Source of the DNA: an uncultured Actinomycetes bacterium
Lineage (GTDB): Bacteria > Actinomycetota > Thermoleophilia > UBA2241
NCBI GenBank assembly: GCA_963709345.1
Contig: CAVPVX010000004.1
Coordinates: 160,001-224,000 of the forward strand
DNA length: 64,000 bases
Direction: 5' to 3'
Translations under genes and position numbers: made by a program
Part shown: piece after piece, positions 59,767-64,000 of the stretch
Layout: the number at the start of each line of letters is the position of its first letter
Numbering within the stretch: position 1 is the first letter of the stretch
The notes under the pieces: generated by a model
Database searches by the model: none
Told to the model about the DNA's origin: nothing
Seen by the model: the letters and a program-made list of their open reading frames with translations, nothing else

Positions 59767-60445
59767 GTGGCCAGCCTCAAGGGCAGCAAGACCGAGCAGA
59801 ACCTCCTCAAGGCGTTCGCCGGCGAGAGCCAGGCGCGCAACCGCTACACGTTCTACGCCAGATCGGCGCAAGCAGGAAGGCTACGAACAGATCGGCGCGA
59901 TCTTCCTCGAGACCGCCGAGCACGAGCGCCAGCATGCCAAGCGCTTCTTCAAGCATCTCGAGGGCGGCGTGGTCGAGATCACCGCCTCGTATCCTGCCGG
60001 CCCGTTCGAAGGCAGCACGGCACAGCACCTCGCCGACGCCGCCGCCGGCGAGCACGAGGAGTGGGTAGATCTGTATCCGGCCTTCGCCGAGGTCGCCCAA
60101 GCGGAGGGCTTCAAGGACGTGGCCACCACCTTCCGCATGGTCGCCAAAGCCGAGGCGATGCACGAGGCGCGCTACCTCAAGCTGCGCGGCCAATGTGGAG
60201 GAGAGCGCGGTCTTCGAGAAGCCGGAGAAGGTCCGCTGGATGTGCCGCAAGTGCGGCTACATTCACGAGGGTCACCAAGGCGCTCCAAGGTCTGCCCGAC
60301 CTGCACGCACCCCCAGGCCTACCAGAATACGCGGCGACTTTGCGAGTCGACCGACGTGGCCTGGCCGACGGCTCGCCGTCTCGCCGGGCCGCCGGGGACG
60401 AGACGGGGCGGGAGGCCGGAAGGGCCGCCCGCCCCGTCGCCGTAA
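59767..60445 (+). CDS. rbr: Rubrerythrin (several frameshifts; 3' end uncertain)
   Basis: SLKGSKTEQNLLKAFAGESQARNRY, ERQHAK, GEHEE, EAMHE, WMCRKCGY, CPTCTHPQAY spread over three frames. Confidence 0.88.
60402..60438. terminator. Hairpin between convergent rbr and iscU (repeat family)
   Basis: GACGGGGCGGGAGGCC-GGAAG-GGCCGCCCGCCCCGTC. Confidence 0.6.
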
Positions 60446-60479
60446 GGGCGCCGCGGCGCCGTGCGACGCGCGGCGGTCC

Positions 60480-61283
60480 CTACTCGAGCACCACGAACGC
60501 GTCCGCAGTCAGCTCGTATTCCTCGTCTTCGTTCAAGTCGTGCACGCGTATCCGCTCGAGCTCGCCTTCGCCGAGCAGCTCGAGCGGCTGCGCCTCAGCC
60601 AGGATCTTGACGTCGCTGAGGCGCAGGGCCGAGCGCACCGCGGGGCTCACGCTCGGCTCCTTGCCGGTCGTCATCAGCACTACGCGCCCGGTGTGGTCTG
60701 TGAGGTCCATGGCCAGCTGCGCGGCGTGGTCGCCGGTGTCGAGCACGACGACACGTTGGTCGGCGAGGTCGGCGAGATCGTCCACCTTGCGGTAGAGACC
60801 CTTGCTCTCGTAGTCGTCCAGCTTCTGGATCTCGATCTCCGCAACGGCTGCCGGGACTGGGTGGCACGACTTCTCGATCGGCGTCGTGGTCGCGTCCTCC
60901 GGCTTGATGCCCTCGCGCCAATTCTTGATCGCCTCGTGCAACGCATCGGCGGCCAGGTTGCTGCAGTGCATCTTGATCGGCGGCAGGCCGTCGAGTGCGT
61001 CGGCGACGTCGCCGCGACTCACCTTGAGCGCCTCGTCGAGCTGCATGCCGACGACGAGCTCGGTGATCATGCTCGAGGTCGCGACGGCGGAGCCGCAGCC
61101 GAAGGTCTGGAACTTGATCTCCTTGATGCGGTCGTCCTCGACGTCGATGTAGATGTCCATCATGTCGCCGCAGACGGGGTTGCCCACGCGGCCGACGGCG
61201 ACGTTGGGGCCTTCCAGCGTGCCCACGTTCCGGGGGTTGCGGAAGTGCTCGAGGGTCTTCTCGCTGTACTGCGTCGATTTCAT
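60480..61283 (-). CDS. iscU: IscU/NifU-N scaffold fused to a degenerate TrxR-like NAD(P)-binding domain
   Basis: HFRNPRNVG, GNPVCGD, GCGSA, LPPIKMHC; C-terminal 'RVVVLDTGDHA...VVLM...ELLGEGELERIRVHD...ELTADAFVV'. Confidence 0.88.
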   Translation of the reverse strand: MKSTQYSEKTLEHFRNPRNVGTLEGPNVAVGRVGNPVCGDMMDIYIDVEDDRIKEIKFQTFGCGSAVATSSMITELVVGMQLDEALKVSRGDVADALDGLPPIKMHCSNLAADALHEAIKNWREGIKPEDATTTPIEKSCHPVPAAVAEIEIQKLDDYESKGLYRKVDDLADLADQRVVVLDTGDHAAQLAMDLTDHTGRVVLMTTGKEPSVSPAVRSALRLSDVKILAEAQPLELLGEGELERIRVHDLNEDEEYELTADAFVVLE

Positions 61284-61318
61284 CGTCAGGCGCCTTTCGG
61301 ATCAGATGGTCGCGGCCG

Positions 61319-62560
61319 TCACGAGGTCGCGGGAGCGTGTGTCTTGTAGAGGGGCGAGAGGGCGCGGAGCCGGGCGATCACGCCGGGGAGTACGGCCATG
61401 ATGCGCTCGACGTCGTCCACGGTGCTCCAGCGCCCGAAGGTGAACTCGAGCGAGCCGTGTGCCTCCTCGTGCAGCAGCCCGCACGAGATGAGCGTGTGCG
61501 ACGGCTCCAGCGTCTTGGAACTGCAGGCGGAGCCCGTGGACGCGGCGATGCCCTCGTCGCGCAGCGACAGGATCATCGCCTCGCCCTCGACCGCGTCGAA
61601 GCGGAAGTGGGCGTTGTTCGGCAGCCGCTCCTCGGGGTGGCCGTTCAGGTGTGAGTCGGGGATCTCGGCCAGCACGCGCTCGACCAGTCGATCGCGGATC
61701 GCCCGGATGCGCGACACCTCGGTCTCCATGTCCGCGCCCATGATCTCGGCCGCCGCGGCCATGCCGGCGATGCTCGCCAGATCTTCGCTGCCGGAGCGCA
61801 AGCCTCGCTCCTGGCCTCCGCCCAGCAGAACGGGTGCGATCTGCACGCCCTTCCGTACGTAGAGCGCACCGAGACCGCGGGGGCCGTACAGGTCGTTGCT
61901 CGAGAGGCTGAGGAGGTCGACCGGCACGGCGTTCATGTCGATCGGCAGCAGGCCTTCTGCGGCGACGGCGTCGCTGTGCAAGGCGATGCCCGTGCCGTCG
62001 AGCATCTCGGCGATCGCGGCGATGGGCTGGACGGTGCCGATCTCGCTGCTTGCCCACTGCACCGAGACGAGGATCGTCTCGTCGGTGATGCGGGCGCGCA
62101 GCTTCTTCGGCGACACGCGCCCGTACAGATCGATCGGCACGCGAGTGACGCGGAACCCGTTCTTCTCGAGGTACTTGGCGATGTTGAGGATGCTGATGTG
62201 CTCGGCCTCACTGATGATCACGTGGTCGCCCTTGCGCTTGTTGCGCAGGGCGTAGCCGACGACCCCCAGGTTGGTGGCTTCGGTGGCCCCTCCGGTGAAG
62301 ACGATCTCGCGCGGCTCGGCGCCGAAGAACGCGGCGACCCTGCCGCGCGCCTCCTCGAGCGCCTCGGTCGCCACGTCGCCCACGGTGTGCAGCGAGGCGG
62401 CGTTGCCGAACTTCTCCGTCAGGTACGGCAGCATGGCCTCGACCACTCGCGGGTCGACGGGTTTCGCCGACTGGTAGTCGGCGTAGACGACGCCGGCGCG
62501 GGCCAGCGCCTTGCCGGGGTCGGCCAGGGTGACCTGGTGGTCGGTGCTTGCGGCGGTCAC
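61319..62560 (-). CDS. iscS: IscS/NifS-like protein lacking the PLP-binding lysine
   Basis: FTGGATEA, EH, GGGQERGLRSG, GSACSS present; SAHK is replaced by SSND. Confidence 0.9.
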   Translation of the reverse strand: MTAASTDHQVTLADPGKALARAGVVYADYQSAKPVDPRVVEAMLPYLTEKFGNAASLHTVGDVATEALEEARGRVAAFFGAEPREIVFTGGATEATNLGVVGYALRNKRKGDHVIISEAEHISILNIAKYLEKNGFRVTRVPIDLYGRVSPKKLRARITDETILVSVQWASSEIGTVQPIAAIAEMLDGTGIALHSDAVAAEGLLPIDMNAVPVDLLSLSSNDLYGPRGLGALYVRKGVQIAPVLLGGGQERGLRSGSEDLASIAGMAAAAEIMGADMETEVSRIRAIRDRLVERVLAEIPDSHLNGHPEERLPNNAHFRFDAVEGEAMILSLRDEGIAASTGSACSSKTLEPSHTLISCGLLHEEAHGSLEFTFGRWSTVDDVERIMAVLPGVIARLRALSPLYKTHAPATS

Positions 62561-62570
62561 CGGCCCGCCC

Positions 62571-62933
62571 TCAGAACCACATCGTCGCGTCGGCGTCCAA
62601 GGCGAGGTCGTTGAGCGTCGCCGCGCCGACGATCTTGACGCCGTCGATCAGCTCGACCGTCTCCCAGCCGAGCATCTGCTTGGAGGCTTCGCACACGTAC
62701 ACCGGGATGCCCATGTCGATGGTCTTCCGGAGCATCTCGGCGACGCTGGGGAAGCTGCCCATCTGCATCTTCTCCGCCTCGCCGGGCTTGAGCACCGTGA
62801 GACTCACGCCGAGGTAGTAGACGGCCGGGTCGATACCCATGGCCTTGGCGCTCTGGGCGAGCACGAGGGGCGAATACTGTCGCTCGGGGGAGTCGCTGGT
62901 CTGCACGTAGAGGATGTTCTTTTCGTCGGCCAT
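62571..62933 (-). CDS. DsrE/DsrF-like protein
   Basis: PLVLA..AKAM, VYVCEAS, IVGAATL. Confidence 0.85.
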   Translation of the reverse strand: MADEKNILYVQTSDSPERQYSPLVLAQSAKAMGIDPAVYYLGVSLTVLKPGEAEKMQMGSFPSVAEMLRKTIDMGIPVYVCEASKQMLGWETVELIDGVKIVGAATLNDLALDADATMWF

Positions 62934-62968
62934 GATGGTCCTTTCGGCGGTCGCGGTCCGGTGGCGGT

Positions 62969-63211
62969 CTACTTGAGCCGGCGGAGCAGGATGCGCAACT
63001 CGCCGCCCTCGTTCTCGAGCTCGACGACCTCGTGGCCTGCGCGCTTGGCGAAGCGCTTCAGGTCTTCTTCGGCGGCGGGGTCGTCGGCGATCACTTCAAG
63101 CACTTCGCCGATCTCTATCGCGTCGATGTTCTCGCGGGTCTGGAAGAGCGGCTCAGGGCAGTAGAGCCCGATGCAGTCGAGTGTGCGTGCGGGCTTCGGT
63201 TCGTCTGCCAT
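62969..63211 (-). CDS. tusA: TusA/SirA family sulfur carrier
   Basis: LDCIGLYCPEP, LEVIADDPAAEED. Confidence 0.92.
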   Translation of the reverse strand: MADEPKPARTLDCIGLYCPEPLFQTRENIDAIEIGEVLEVIADDPAAEEDLKRFAKRAGHEVVELENEGGELRILLRRLK

Positions 63212-63509
63212 CTGGTCTCCTTTCGAGTTTGAGGAGGCCGTAGCTCTCCCTCCAGCGCTGTCTATACCCGACCAGAGCAGTTGGTATTCACCAGGCGGCC
63301 GAGCTCCCCGGCACGGCTGGGCTTTCGCACTCGGCGTCGCCGGTCTGGCCGGGCAGACACGTACGGGTCGAGGTTGGTGCTGAGCTGTCTGTATCACTCC
63401 GCTCTGGCGTGCAGGGTCGCGCTGTCGCGGTCACTCCGCATAGCCACCGGAACGCGTCCGCGTCGATCTCGAGGCAAGTCGTCACGGTCGTCTCGTTGCG
63501 GCGACGGAG

Positions 63510-64000
63510 TCACGCGGGAGTGAAGACGAAGCCGGCCGCGAAGACGCGCTCACACGCCGCCGCAGCGGCGGCGTCATAGCGCGTCCCGGCGCCGCTGCTC
63601 ACCTCGTGCAGCGCCGCCTCGATGCCCAGTGAGGCGCGGTAGGGCCGGTGCGACGCCATCGCTTCGACGACGTCGGCAACGGCGAGGATGCGCGCCTCGA
63701 GCATCATCTCGTCGCCGGCCAGGCCGGCGGGGTAGCCTGAGCCGTCGAGGCGCTCATGATGCTGGAGGACGATGTCGGCGACCGGCTGCTCGAAGCCGAT
63801 CGGTGCGAGCATCTCGCGCCCGGCCTCTGGATGGACCTTGACGAACGCAAACTCGACCTCCACGAGCTTCGACGGCTTGGCGAGGATCTGAGCCGGCACG
63901 CTGAGCATGCCGATGTCGTGGACGAGGGCGGCGAGACGCAGGCCTTCCACGGCCACCGGCGTCAACCCGAGGGCCTCGCCGACGACCACGACGAGCTGCG
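63510..64000 (-). CDS. HD-GYP domain protein, C-terminal part
   Basis: VHDIG, HHERLDGSGYP, ADVVEAMASHRPYR; runs off the window end. Confidence 0.9.
   Translation of the reverse strand, partial: QLVVVVGEALGLTPVAVEGLRLAALVHDIGMLSVPAQILAKPSKLVEVEFAFVKVHPEAGREMLAPIGFEQPVADIVLQHHERLDGSGYPAGLAGDEMMLEARILAVADVVEAMASHRPYRASLGIEAALHEVSSGAGTRYDAAAAAACERVFAAGFVFTPA

Noticed and set aside
1-64000. CRISPR array, IS element, integrase or prophage
   Set aside because: No regularly spaced repeats and no recombinase, transposase or phage motifs were seen by eye.

Overview
A very GC-rich bacterial chromosomal window. Gene content suggests an anaerobic or microaerophilic Actinomycetota such as Thermoleophilia; this is inference. 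It encodes a liv ABC operon, a tRNA-Ala(UGC) locus surrounded by tRNA fragments and gene remnants, and an oxidative-stress cluster (perR-katA-peroxiredoxin). Two peroxiredoxin-family genes have an in-frame UGA at the catalytic position followed by a SECIS-like hairpin, so they are probably selenoproteins. The window also holds transporters (ABC-2, P-type ATPase, SulP, MFS, EamA, two CBS/hemolysin-family proteins), a large secreted repeat protein, a two-component system, an orphan ferredoxin-PorB fusion with a perfect operator-like palindrome, and rubrerythrin. The most notable locus is a tusA-dsrE-iscS-iscU operon. Its IscS lacks the PLP-binding Lys (SSND) and other catalytic residues, and its IscU carries a degenerate thioredoxin-reductase-like domain. 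Together these suggest a cysteine-independent, sulfur-carrier-fed Fe-S assembly system. Many genes contain single-base frameshifts, probably long-read indel errors. No CRISPR array, rRNA, integrase or transposase was seen.
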